Source: a virus
Lineage: Duplodnaviria > Heunggongvirae > Uroviricota > Caudoviricetes
Direction: 5' to 3' (one strand)
Virus record (IMG/VR): IMGVR_UViG_3300042890_002891
Span: 66,831-130,830 of that record
Length of the DNA: 64,000 nucleotides
Numbering within the stretch: the stretch's first letter is position 1; every line of letters starts with the position of its first letter. This document shows, one piece after another, positions 1 through 8,964 of this stretch. Under the pieces are notes generated by a model. It saw only the letters and a program-made list of their open reading frames with translations, ran no database searches and was not told where the DNA came from. The position numbers and the translations under genes were made by a program.

Positions 1-99
1 GCCCGGAGGACCCCACAAGAATAAGGGACGTTTGACTTCAAATGCCTTGAGCAGGCTTTTACGAGCCTGGATGGCTGTGACTGTGCGTGAATCTGACAT
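1..99 (-). CDS. AAA+/MoxR-like ATPase, N-terminus (runs off window)
   Basis: Manual translation MSDSRTVTAIQARKSLLKAFEVKRPLFLWGPPG, ending in the start of a Walker A motif. Confidence 0.7.
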   Translation of the reverse strand, partial: MSDSRTVTAIQARKSLLKAFEVKRPLFLWGPPG

Positions 100-147
100 G
101 GAGTGGGTCCTTCTAGTTACTAAGTTTATATTATAACACTAACACGA

Positions 148-315
148 TTAAAGGTCAACTGTGGCCGGCTCAAGCAGTTCACGAAGTTCATGCATGTGAA
201 TGCTGTCGTAGACCAAGTTGACAGGAACATCTAGCAAGGCACTGATTGAGGCCGGAGTCTCATCTTGTGCCAGTAAATCCTGGATCTCAATATCAAGTTC
301 TTTAAATTGTCCCAT
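148..315 (-). CDS. hypothetical protein (MGQFKELD...)
   Basis: ORF; start overlaps the stop of the upstream gene, GGAAG SD-like sequence. Confidence 0.55.
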   Translation of the reverse strand: MGQFKELDIEIQDLLAQDETPASISALLDVPVNLVYDSIHMHELRELLEPATVDL

Positions 316-764
316 TATGCTACTTCCTTTTGAGTTGTCAATGCTTCTGTCAATGCTGTCAATGTCCGGCTCAGCGGGTGTGTGTTTTCGTATGTGGTGC
401 CACAGTACCACATACCGTCCCGCATGATGTAGTAATACTCAGCAGCACAGTCATCGCACTGTTCCAGGAACTGTTCAAAGGTCAATGCTACTCGGAACTC
501 TGTGTTCTTTTCACCGCGATCGCGTCCGTAAAATACAGTGATGTCTCCAGCAGGAGCGTCAAACGAATGTTCAACATCTGGTGGAATTTCAATATTCTTG
601 CACAACACACTCATATCGCCCAGTGCTACCAAATAGTTGGCCTTGGCACTGTCATAATGTGCTTGCAAGACAGCACCCGTGTGTTCCACGCTGCCATTCC
701 AGTGGCAATAAACGCTTTTGACTTTGTTGCCATGCATGACGCCAATTCTGCTTCGTGTACCCAT
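315..764 (-). CDS. conserved phage hypothetical protein (MGTRSRIG...YCHW)
   Basis: ORF with GGAG SD, downstream of a sigma70 promoter at 796-824. Confidence 0.7.
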   Translation of the reverse strand: MGTRSRIGVMHGNKVKSVYCHWNGSVEHTGAVLQAHYDSAKANYLVALGDMSVLCKNIEIPPDVEHSFDAPAGDITVFYGRDRGEKNTEFRVALTFEQFLEQCDDCAAEYYYIMRDGMWYCGTTYENTHPLSRTLTALTEALTTQKEVA

Positions 765-795
765 TTTTGACTCCGGTTTGTTGCTGTATGTGTGT

Positions 796-824
796 ATTAT
801 AGCATTTCGGTGAATATTAGTCAA
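796..824 (-). promoter_or_regulatory. sigma70-type early promoter TTGACT-N17-TATAAT
   Basis: Near-consensus -35/-10 with extended TG; member of a repeated promoter family. Confidence 0.8.
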
Positions 825-828
825 CCAA

Positions 829-1122
829 TTAGTCTTTGGGTGAAAGATATTCAAACAGGATCCACTTGGCACGATTCAGCAGTTGGCGCTGATCTTCCTG
901 AAGATTGGCCAAGGTGTCTGAGTCATAAGGACCATGTGCCATCATCTCTTGGCAATCGCTCAACATGCTGGCCACAACCATTGCAGGGCCAGTGAACCGG
1001 AATGTGATGCTGGACTCTACACTTTCTCGAAGTTCAGCTTCGGTGCAACCGTACATGGCACGTTCACGTTCAAGTTTGATATTTTTGCCAACTGCGGCGC
1101 GGATTTCTGGTGCTGCTGTCAT
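829..1122 (-). CDS. hypothetical protein
   Basis: ORF with AAGGAG SD behind the promoter at 1149-1177. Confidence 0.65.
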   Translation of the reverse strand: MTAAPEIRAAVGKNIKLERERAMYGCTEAELRESVESSITFRFTGPAMVVASMLSDCQEMMAHGPYDSDTLANLQEDQRQLLNRAKWILFEYLSPKD

Positions 1123-1148
1123 CTACTACTCCTTGTTGCTATGTGTGT

Positions 1149-1177
1149 ATTATAGCATTTCGAGTAATAATGGTCAA
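1149..1177 (-). promoter_or_regulatory. sigma70-type early promoter TTGACC-N17-TATAAT
   Basis: Consensus elements, same family as 796-824. Confidence 0.8.
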
Positions 1178-1182
1178 CCGTT

Positions 1183-1386
1183 TTATTTCTTTTTGGCAGT
1201 GGCTTCTTCTTCGGGGGTCATGAAGCGCGGTGGGTACGGATGATCCAGGAACTTGAAAAATCTCACTGGTTTCCAGTAGGTGTGCAAGAGATAGTTGATC
1301 ACCACAACACCTGCGGTGATAACCACAAACCCCAGCATTATCAAAATGCTGCCTGTGAAAAAGAATGCGGCTTGATCTAGATTCAT
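1183..1386 (-). CDS. small membrane protein
   Basis: Single hydrophobic segment, basic C-terminus. Confidence 0.6.
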   Translation of the reverse strand: MNLDQAAFFFTGSILIMLGFVVITAGVVVINYLLHTYWKPVRFFKFLDHPYPPRFMTPEEEATAKKK

Positions 1387-1387
1387 G

Positions 1388-1561
1388 TTAGTAGATTTCT
1401 TTTACTAGAGTGAATTCTTCAGTGGGCCATAGTGCTTTGAATTCATCTGTTTTGACATAGTCGTTGTAGGACTTGGCATCAAAGAACACTTTGTGGAATG
1501 CTGTTTTAAGAGTACCTTTTGGGTTTATTGTTAAGTAAACCGATTTTGCTTTGCCTGCCAT
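1388..1561 (-). CDS. hypothetical protein, 57 aa (MAGKAKSVYLTINPKG...)
   Basis: Manual translation; AGGAG SD; fills the gap; below ORF-track cutoff. Confidence 0.65.
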   Translation of the reverse strand: MAGKAKSVYLTINPKGTLKTAFHKVFFDAKSYNDYVKTDEFKALWPTEEFTLVKEIY

Positions 1562-1628
1562 TTCGTGCTCCTGGTGTTAAGTATTGATTATAACACTAGA
1601 AGGAATACAAGTCAATGGCATGTGGCAA

Positions 1629-3563
1629 TCAACGATCTAAGCCGGCAGCAGCTAACTTTTTTATTCTGGTGTTTATGGCCGCAAGTCTTTGCTGCATTTC
1701 TGGCGGCAGCTTGGCTGCATCTTCAGGAGTCTTGAGATATTTTTCAAGTACCGCAGCATGTTGTCCTAGTTCTGCTTTTTCCTGGTCTGTCAGATAGTTG
1801 CCGGCATCGTTGGTTGCTGCTGGACCAATTTGGCCAAATTGGCCAAGAGAATTTGCATTACGTGCCAACTGAGTCATAGTGCTGATCAACTCTGTTGTCA
1901 TGTCGTACAATTGATATGTACCGTAGAGTGCTGTACCACCCAGTCCTAATTTTGCTGCGGTCCAGGCTTTTTTGCCAAACGTGCCAGCAGTGGTTGCAGC
2001 GGTGGTTGCAGCGGCTGTTCCTGCCTTTGCCATAGCAGGTGCTGCTTTGGCTGCTATAGACTTTCCATATTTGTAGGCTAGTGCTGCCGCCGCAGCAGTA
2101 CCAAGAATCTCATTGATCATGTCACGGCGCACAGCCATTTGTTCTGACTCGGACAGCAGGTACATGTTTTTGAATACATAACTGCGCAGTTCATGTTCTG
2201 TCATGACGTCAACATTGTTGGCCAACTCAACGTCTTCAAATTTATATTTGGTCAGAATTTTTTCAATGCCATCCACACTCTTGACCAGGTCATCTGGTGC
2301 TGCCACTGGTGTTGCAGATTGCCCACCATCAGCAGGAGTATCAGCCACAATCACTGTGGCCGCTGCTTTGATCACACGTTCTAGTCTAGTTCGGATCTCA
2401 GGAGTTATGGCCGCAGCAACAGCAGGATCCTTGCTCAGGTCTTGAATAGCCTTGAGATTTTGATCCAGCACAGCAGCATCTTCGGGAGAGATATTTATTT
2501 TTGGATCGTTGACAGCATCTTTGGCCAGGTTCACTGCATTTATTCCCAGACTTGCGGCCCATCCCCAACCAGGTATAAGACTCGCCAGTCCTGCTGCACC
2601 AGCAATACCGGCTCCAGCATAGTCACCTTTCTGGTAGCGGTCATATGCATCTTGCGCACTTAGCACAGCACCAACACCAGGCAGTGCCCGACCTACTGCG
2701 CCTTTGAGTAGACCTTTGCCAGCAATCTTTCCTGCTGCCTGCGTATTTGGCATTGCCTGAGCCGGAGCAGTCGCAGCAGTGCTGGCTGTTTGTGCTGCCC
2801 TTTGCGCCTGATATGCCTGAGCTTCTCTGCTGCCACCCGGTCTAGACACATAAGGATTGGCCGGTGCCGAAGGTGCAGGAGGTACATAACCGCCTTTTTG
2901 TATTTTTGATTGTGCAAAGCCCGGAGTCGCAGCAGATGTTGTAGGATCCGCAGGTATTGTGCGTTGGATAGCATCCTGATACGATCGACGTTGTTGAGCG
3001 GTTGGAACAGCTTCCATCAAGTTGCGCCAGGTTGCCATTTGATCGGGCATGGCAGCTGATCGACTTTCAGACATCTTGACCTTGTACTTGGTCAGAATTT
3101 GTTCAATGGTATCAAGTGCTGTGGTCAATTGAGATATAGTGGCCTGGCCAGCAGGAGTAGATGTCTCTGTGCCCAGCACATCCGAATATTTGGCTGCAAT
3201 TATTGGATTTTTTGCAGCGGCAGCACGAGTAAGTGGTCCCAGAGCGCCGTCGATACCATCACGACCTGCACCAGTGGCACCAAGAGGTGCACCAGCGGCC
3301 TTGAGCTCTTGCTGTAGTTGTTTTATTCTGGCTATACCACCACCGCTACCACCTGGTTCAGCAGCAAAAGCATGCTTTAGGCCGGTGTGCTGGGCTCGAG
3401 GAGTTCCGCATTTGACACAGCGATTTTCCTGAGCCGAAGCCGCTGCTATGGCCTGATCATTGGTGAATGTGCCCAGGCTGGGCAAGGCCACATTGGTGTT
3501 GGGCGGCACTGGATCTGCCTCGTTCAGGAGGTCAAGATATCTGCGAAAATTGTGTGTGCTCAT
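1629..3563 (-). CDS. Ala/Gly-rich putative virion protein with a peptidoglycan-binding-like segment
   Basis: IKQLQQEL..G....DGIDGALGPLTRAA matches the PG_binding_1 pattern; TAAATA late-promoter-like box 5 nt before the ATG; internal repeat D.IE.ILTKYK. Confidence 0.6.
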   Translation of the reverse strand: MSTHNFRRYLDLLNEADPVPPNTNVALPSLGTFTNDQAIAAASAQENRCVKCGTPRAQHTGLKHAFAAEPGGSGGGIARIKQLQQELKAAGAPLGATGAGRDGIDGALGPLTRAAAAKNPIIAAKYSDVLGTETSTPAGQATISQLTTALDTIEQILTKYKVKMSESRSAAMPDQMATWRNLMEAVPTAQQRRSYQDAIQRTIPADPTTSAATPGFAQSKIQKGGYVPPAPSAPANPYVSRPGGSREAQAYQAQRAAQTASTAATAPAQAMPNTQAAGKIAGKGLLKGAVGRALPGVGAVLSAQDAYDRYQKGDYAGAGIAGAAGLASLIPGWGWAASLGINAVNLAKDAVNDPKINISPEDAAVLDQNLKAIQDLSKDPAVAAAITPEIRTRLERVIKAAATVIVADTPADGGQSATPVAAPDDLVKSVDGIEKILTKYKFEDVELANNVDVMTEHELRSYVFKNMYLLSESEQMAVRRDMINEILGTAAAAALAYKYGKSIAAKAAPAMAKAGTAAATTAATTAGTFGKKAWTAAKLGLGGTALYGTYQLYDMTTELISTMTQLARNANSLGQFGQIGPAATNDAGNYLTDQEKAELGQHAAVLEKYLKTPEDAAKLPPEMQQRLAAINTRIKKLAAAGLDR

Positions 3564-3602
3564 GAAGATATTTATCTTCTTTTGACAGCACACACAGAGA
3601 GA

Positions 3603-3836
3603 TCAATACTTGCGATGGTGGCTTTTGCTCACAATATCCTGTGGTTTGTACAGCCAGCTACGATCCACAAAACCCTGTTCAATTTCACGCAGGGCAGTGA
3701 CCACATGACTGCTTACCTTGGTAACTCGGGGCATGTCGCCGCGGCTGAGTTCTCTAGCACGCCGTGCAGCTACCAGGATCATTTCGTATCTGTTGCCAAT
3801 TGCAGCCACAGCCACATCACTTGTAATTCTTGCCAT
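3603..3836 (-). CDS. rpoZ: RNA polymerase omega subunit homologue
   Basis: MARIT...GNRYEMILVAARRAREL...VVTALREIEQG, the RpoZ signature. Confidence 0.9.
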   Translation of the reverse strand: MARITSDVAVAAIGNRYEMILVAARRARELSRGDMPRVTKVSSHVVTALREIEQGFVDRSWLYKPQDIVSKSHHRKY

Positions 3837-3915
3837 TTTGTAGTCCTTGAGTTTGAGTTAAACAACTGTTGCGTGTTGTGCTAGCAGTATAACAGATTGC
3901 TGTCACAAAGTCAAC

Positions 3916-3941
3916 AAAAAGCCCACCGAAGTGGGCTGATT
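3916..3941 (-). terminator. rho-independent terminator (AGCCCAC-TTCG-GTGGGCT-TTTT)
   Basis: GC stem, UUCG loop, U-tract; identical copy at 4628-4653. Confidence 0.85.
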
Positions 3942-3945
3942 TGAA

Positions 3946-4074
3946 TTACATTTCTACATAATCTTCTTTGAAGCCACCGCATTCAGGGCAGGGAAAATCC
4001 TCTGGTAAATCATCCCAGACTCCTTCAAGTTCTTGATCATGCACATGACCGCAAATAACGCACACATGATCCAT
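3946..4074 (-). CDS. rubredoxin, 42 aa
   Basis: Manual translation MDHVCVICGHVHD...WDDLPEDFPCPECG, two CxxCG motifs. Confidence 0.9.
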   Translation of the reverse strand: MDHVCVICGHVHDQELEGVWDDLPEDFPCPECGGFKEDYVEM

Positions 4075-4523
4075 TATAGTGTCTCCAGAACTTGAGTATA
4101 TGCTGCCGCATGACGCTGTTCAACTTTGGCCAGGGCAGTGAAACGCCGTTGAGCCTGGGCTAGAACTGCGGCAAATTCTTCAGCATGTTGTTTTGATTCT
4201 GCTGTTTGATCTGCGGCTTCTGTGGCAGCAGCGGTGTTGCCTTCTGCAATGGCTTCTGCTTGCATTGTGGGGTACATTGTGGTGAACTCATGAGTCTCTC
4301 CTGCAATGGCCATTTCTAGACACTGCTTGACATCTGGTTTACCAACCAGCAATTCTAAATGACCCCAGGCGTGCAGCAGTTCTTGATCTGCTGTGTGTTC
4401 AAAGTGCAGTGCAACATCTTCGTGGCCTTGTGCTCGGGCCATCTTGGCAAAGTAGCGATACTTGACATGAGCCTGTGACTCACCAGCAAATGCTGCCTCC
4501 AAGTTTTTGATTGTGATCGACAT
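4074..4523 (-). CDS. rubrerythrin (di-iron domain only)
   Basis: NLEAAFAGESQA..KY..FA...E..H...AIAGE.HE..MYP...E..H diiron motifs. Confidence 0.9.
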   Translation of the reverse strand: MSITIKNLEAAFAGESQAHVKYRYFAKMARAQGHEDVALHFEHTADQELLHAWGHLELLVGKPDVKQCLEMAIAGETHEFTTMYPTMQAEAIAEGNTAAATEAADQTAESKQHAEEFAAVLAQAQRRFTALAKVEQRHAAAYTQVLETL

Positions 4524-4627
4524 AGATACCTTTCTGTTAAAATACTATTGTACAACTATTTACTATAGGAGTCAACTATAAAATGATATTTTTCAATTGT
4601 AAATTCCTATTACATCAATAGGTCAAG

Positions 4628-4653
4628 AAAAAGCCCACCGAAGTGGGCTGATT
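4628..4653 (-). terminator. rho-independent terminator after the tmRNA
   Basis: Identical to 3916-3941. Confidence 0.85.
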
Positions 4654-4654
4654 G

Positions 4655-4970
4655 CTATTTTTGATTACAAGGTATAACTACCTCGTTTGGCGTCAAGCGT
4701 TAGCTGCTACCAAATATTGTGAGTCATTTGCATTTCTCTTTTTTGTGTCTACGGCCGAGCTTCCCCAACCCTAACGGCTTCTACATTGCCGGACTGTCCA
4801 TTTCTGTACTCTTAACCCTGTCGAAACTATGCAGGCCCATTATAAAGAATACTACTGAATTGTGTTGGATGTTGCCATCCGCAAAAACCTGTGCAATATT
4901 CTTTATGGTGGACCTGGGGGGATTCGCACCCCCGTCCAGAATCCTTTTCTGTCTACTTCATACAGTCTTA
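4655..4970 (-). ncRNA. ssrA: circularly permuted (two-piece) tmRNA
   Basis: T-arm and CAGGUCC-A-CCA acceptor piece (ends 4906) precede a hairpin spacer and the GGGCCUG...UUCGAC coding piece (starts 4838); G3.U70 pair; tag ANDSQYLVAANA* at 4731-4693; outer ends approximate. Confidence 0.9.
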
Positions 4971-4978
4971 ACTGTTAT

Positions 4979-5863
4979 TTATTTTAATGAGTTAACTGAG
5001 TCTTCCCAGTCTTGATTGAATGTTGACATTTTTGTATCCCACTCAAACTTCATTCCACTACCTTCCCAAATTTTAGCAGTGTTTGAATTGGGATTCTGAT
5101 GTACAGCCTTCATAGCAGCCTGAATCTTGTTGCGTTGTGCATCAGTTGCGTTCTTCAAGATAAAAAGCACATAGTAGCCGACCTTGAGATTTTTGTTGGC
5201 AAGATCTTTTGCAGCCAATGGAATCAAGGCATCAGCTGACGATGGGCTCATACGATACATGCATGTGCCGTTGCCTGACTGTGCAAATTTTCTTGCCAGC
5301 TTGCTTTCAATGATACCGTAGTCAACTTCACCGTTTAGCAAAGCAGTGATAGTGCTTGGACTGCCAGCAGCAAAATGCACAGGTTTGTGAGTGGTCTTGA
5401 ATGACGCATTGATTCCGTTGTTGATGCTATTGACCATCACACTAGCAGGAATGGCATGTCCAATCCTGTACGATGATCCAGCTGTGACCATACGGGCAGC
5501 ATTCATTTCTGGTTTGGCTGAACAGATATAGTAAGAGTCATAGTGTACACGAATCAATTCTTTTTCGGTAAATGTCATTATATTGCAAGAGCCTTGTTTG
5601 CGGATACCGGCGTCTATGTCGCCTGCCCAGGGAAATAGCACAGGCATATTTTTATCTATTTTGTCAATAACAGCCGTTGCCAGGCACCCAGATCCTGGGT
5701 TGATGTAGTCAATTTTGAATTGGTTCTGCAGATCCTGGGTCAATGCACTGGTCTCCAGATAGAACCCACCTGTTTTTGAGCCAGTGTTCACAATGGTGAT
5801 GTCCTGTGCCGCAGCAGCCAAGGTCATGGTTGCAAACGCAACCAACGCTAGTAATTTCTTCAT
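4979..5863 (-). CDS. periplasmic solute-binding protein (TctC/Bug- or TAXI-like)
   Basis: Signal peptide, GSKTGG and ALLNGEVD motifs, adjacent to TctA. Confidence 0.6.
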   Translation of the reverse strand: MKKLLALVAFATMTLAAAAQDITIVNTGSKTGGFYLETSALTQDLQNQFKIDYINPGSGCLATAVIDKIDKNMPVLFPWAGDIDAGIRKQGSCNIMTFTEKELIRVHYDSYYICSAKPEMNAARMVTAGSSYRIGHAIPASVMVNSINNGINASFKTTHKPVHFAAGSPSTITALLNGEVDYGIIESKLARKFAQSGNGTCMYRMSPSSADALIPLAAKDLANKNLKVGYYVLFILKNATDAQRNKIQAAMKAVHQNPNSNTAKIWEGSGMKFEWDTKMSTFNQDWEDSVNSLK

Positions 5864-5878
5864 TTTTTTTCAGTCCTT

Positions 5879-7159
5879 TTAAAAATACAATGAATGGAGT
5901 CTAAGTCCATAATCCAACAACTTGTCACCGATAAAGTATCCAAATATCAGTCCAGTTGTGTCTCTAAGTCGTAGTGCCCATCCGAGTATGAGCAGACACA
6001 CCATGCATTGTAACACAAATACCATGTTGTAGTCAAGCCAGGCCTGATACAATATTGCCAAAACCAAGATGGCCAAAATGCCTGCACGCAACAGTTTCAA
6101 ATTGGTTCTTAGTATGGTGAGTACCTGTGTGACCAAGGGCCAGGCCATGATCAAACCAATTGCTGCCACAGTCATCTGCAGCAGTGCAGTTGCGCCAAAA
6201 ATTATCGACGCTGATGCAATTGATGCTGTGAATCCTTTCAACTCCATCAGCGACAACGCTATGGCTTCGCTGGGCACCAGAGGTAGCCCAAATATTATCA
6301 AGGGTATCAGCTGCGACACCGCTCCTGCATTGTTTGCTGTTTCTGCAGATATGATTCTTTCTCTAGGATCTGTGGTGGTTCTACAGGTTATGTTATAGCT
6401 CAGCATTGAACTAAAAATCATTGCCAGGCCAGGCATGAGTCCACCCACAAAACCCACGGCACTGTATTGCGTGATGCGCAGATAATTCAATCTGGGCCAC
6501 TTGACTGATGTTGGTATGTGGTTCACCGTCACAGCAGAATTAGACAGTCGATACAGCTGAGGAAATGTAAACAAACACAGCAGCACAATGTCCCAGGGAA
6601 CTCCTGCTGTGAGTGAGCTATTTCCAAAGGTAAGAATACCTGTCTCTAGATTAGAGTTATACCCAACCAGGCCCAACAAGATTCCTGACAGGCATAGCCC
6701 AATACTGGTTTTCAAATCGTCACTAGAATATTTTATTACACCTATCAAGGCAAACACAAACAACATTGATATCAGTTCAGTACGCAAGAAGTAACTCATT
6801 GCTGACAAGTGTGCTGCAAGAATCCAACATGCTGTTATAGATAAGATTGCTGCCACAAAACTACCGACCGCGGCAGCAGCAATTGTGTCTCCGTACTGCG
6901 ATGCTGGCAGTCTTGGTAGCTCTGCTACTGTGGGTATGCCACTGGGTTCTCCTGCAATCCCTGTGTACATGGTGGTAACACTACCGGTGAATTGACTAAT
7001 TTGAGTTAGTGCAGCATAGAACAAAAATATATCTACAGGCGCCCAGGTTATTAAAAACGGAGCAGATATTATCATGGCTATCAAGATGCCCATGCCAGGT
7101 AAAATTCCAATGGCCATACCCAGCAATGATCCAGCCAGGATGGCCAGCAGATGTTCCAT
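5879..7159 (-). CDS. tctA: tripartite tricarboxylate transporter permease TctA
   Basis: GILPGMG, ETANNAG..SQLIPLIIFGLP motifs; polytopic membrane protein. Confidence 0.85.
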   Translation of the reverse strand: MEHLLAILAGSLLGMAIGILPGMGILIAMIISAPFLITWAPVDIFLFYAALTQISQFTGSVTTMYTGIAGEPSGIPTVAELPRLPASQYGDTIAAAAVGSFVAAILSITACWILAAHLSAMSYFLRTELISMLFVFALIGVIKYSSDDLKTSIGLCLSGILLGLVGYNSNLETGILTFGNSSLTAGVPWDIVLLCLFTFPQLYRLSNSAVTVNHIPTSVKWPRLNYLRITQYSAVGFVGGLMPGLAMIFSSMLSYNITCRTTTDPRERIISAETANNAGAVSQLIPLIIFGLPLVPSEAIALSLMELKGFTASIASASIIFGATALLQMTVAAIGLIMAWPLVTQVLTILRTNLKLLRAGILAILVLAILYQAWLDYNMVFVLQCMVCLLILGWALRLRDTTGLIFGYFIGDKLLDYGLRLHSLYF

Positions 7160-8391
7160 CAGAATCCCACCTGGTCTGACGAATATGTCTTGCCGTCTGT
7201 TAATGAATAAAACTTTGACATTAATCCTTTTGTGCCAGCGGCTGTCACAGGGTTTCCGTAACGGTCGGTGTTCCAGATATTTTTATACTTGTCACTGTGC
7301 ATAACTTCCTGAATCGCAAGAAATTTTTTGTACCAACGTTTGCCTTCGTCAGTCCCAATAACATTGTTATAAAACATATTGCTATTGTAGCCTGATATTT
7401 TTTTGTCTTCCCATAATTTAGCTGAATAGTCAACGTCAGTAAAAAATCGTTTTATTTGAGTTATATGGTGTGTTGGCACTCGACCCAATGCACGATTATA
7501 CTCTATTCCCAGCGTGGAATAAAATCTATTAACAACTGTATCAGTTGATTGTTTAGCGGTGTGATAGTGTTTGAGAGCATATGCTGTTTTTAACAATAAG
7601 GACGGTATATTTCTACTAACAAAAAAATCCTCGTACCGATCAGAGATTGATGGCAACCATTCTGAACTGTCAACACTGAAAGTATACCAGTTGTTGTTTT
7701 TTTTAAACAATCTAGCTTTGGTGCCACCAAATAAATCACACCAATCATTGTGGTCGGTAGTTTTTACAGCATTGTGCCATGCCCAACTGGTGTCCATCCA
7801 AAATATACCGTGACTTCCATCCAGCCCAATGGGTATATCTGTATCATCGGCAATTGAAAACCAGTCATCGGCATCCTTGACTGTGGCCTGTGACATGGTA
7901 ATTTTTGTTTTGAGTAGTCTGTGAGCTATGGTTTTTAAATAAGGAATAGTAGCAATTGCTATCTCTCGATTGGTGGTGTTTACGGCTGTGTTGGCATCTT
8001 TGTCTAGTTTAACATCAACCACAATTTCGTCTAGATGTATATTGTTGTCAACAAAACTGACCAAGGCTGTGTGGCTGTCAGCGCCGCCGCTGTAAAATAA
8101 TCTAATATAGGAATAGGTGTCACGAAGCTCTTGAGCTCGTTGACGGCATAGCTCAGCCAGAGTCTCAACAGGCTCAACTGATGGATTTAGTCTGGCAAAG
8201 GCATCTTCGTACCAGTGAAAATGTGCCGTTGCATGTGGCAACGTATCGCGGTACAACACCGCATCAATTTTGTAATCAAACCGAGTCTCGGTATTGGTTT
8301 CATAGTTTTTTACAGTCCAATACATTGCCCTGTCTTGATAATGACTATTCTGAATAGATAGCAATTGTTTGGTTGAAAAATTGAATGCCAT
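7159..8391 (-). CDS. PP-loop (adenine nucleotide alpha-hydrolase) family protein
   Basis: LFYSGGADS PP-loop motif. Confidence 0.6.
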   Translation of the reverse strand: MAFNFSTKQLLSIQNSHYQDRAMYWTVKNYETNTETRFDYKIDAVLYRDTLPHATAHFHWYEDAFARLNPSVEPVETLAELCRQRAQELRDTYSYIRLFYSGGADSHTALVSFVDNNIHLDEIVVDVKLDKDANTAVNTTNREIAIATIPYLKTIAHRLLKTKITMSQATVKDADDWFSIADDTDIPIGLDGSHGIFWMDTSWAWHNAVKTTDHNDWCDLFGGTKARLFKKNNNWYTFSVDSSEWLPSISDRYEDFFVSRNIPSLLLKTAYALKHYHTAKQSTDTVVNRFYSTLGIEYNRALGRVPTHHITQIKRFFTDVDYSAKLWEDKKISGYNSNMFYNNVIGTDEGKRWYKKFLAIQEVMHSDKYKNIWNTDRYGNPVTAAGTKGLMSKFYSLTDGKTYSSDQVGF

Positions 8392-8448
8392 GCATTAATT
8401 ATACACTATGTTATGCTGATCAACTATTATTACGAACAAGTTCATAAT

Positions 8449-8522
8449 TGGTGCTCTCAACAAGGATCGAACTTGTGTCTATACATTACCAATGTATTGT
8501 ACTACCACTGTACTATGGGAGC
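8449..8522 (-). tRNA. tRNA-Thr(GGT)
   Basis: Cloverleaf, TTCGA T-loop, encoded CCA. Confidence 0.9.
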
Positions 8523-8881
8523 GTGGATTTCACGATAACAGGCCAGTGCAAGGTGTCTTGCCTGTGCCAGTCTATCAAGCACATACTTGGTCAATTCCGG
8601 ATCATCTCGACGACAACACGGACCACTGCGCCGTTCATCACAATTGGATTGTCTCCAATCATAACTGGTGGGAAAGAGTGGTTCCGATTCGGCGGGTTCA
8701 GAACGTTTCGGTTGTTTGGAATCTGTACAGTCTGATTGATTATTGTGTTGCATACATATACAACGCAGTAACCTGTTGTTGAGTTGACACAGATTGGCAA
8801 ACCTGCTAGAAGAACCCGACCGTAACACACAAGTATCTCGGAGTGACCATGTGCCAGAGGATCGGGCCGTGTTTCATTATC

Positions 8882-8955
8882 TGGAGCGGGTGAAGAGAAT
8901 CGAACTCTCGTCGTAACGTTGGCAACGTTCTGCTCTACCATTGAGCTACACCCGC
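8882..8955 (-). tRNA. tRNA-Gly(GCC)
   Basis: Cloverleaf, GCG start, U73, CCA. Confidence 0.92.
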
Positions 8956-8964
8956 TTATAAAAA

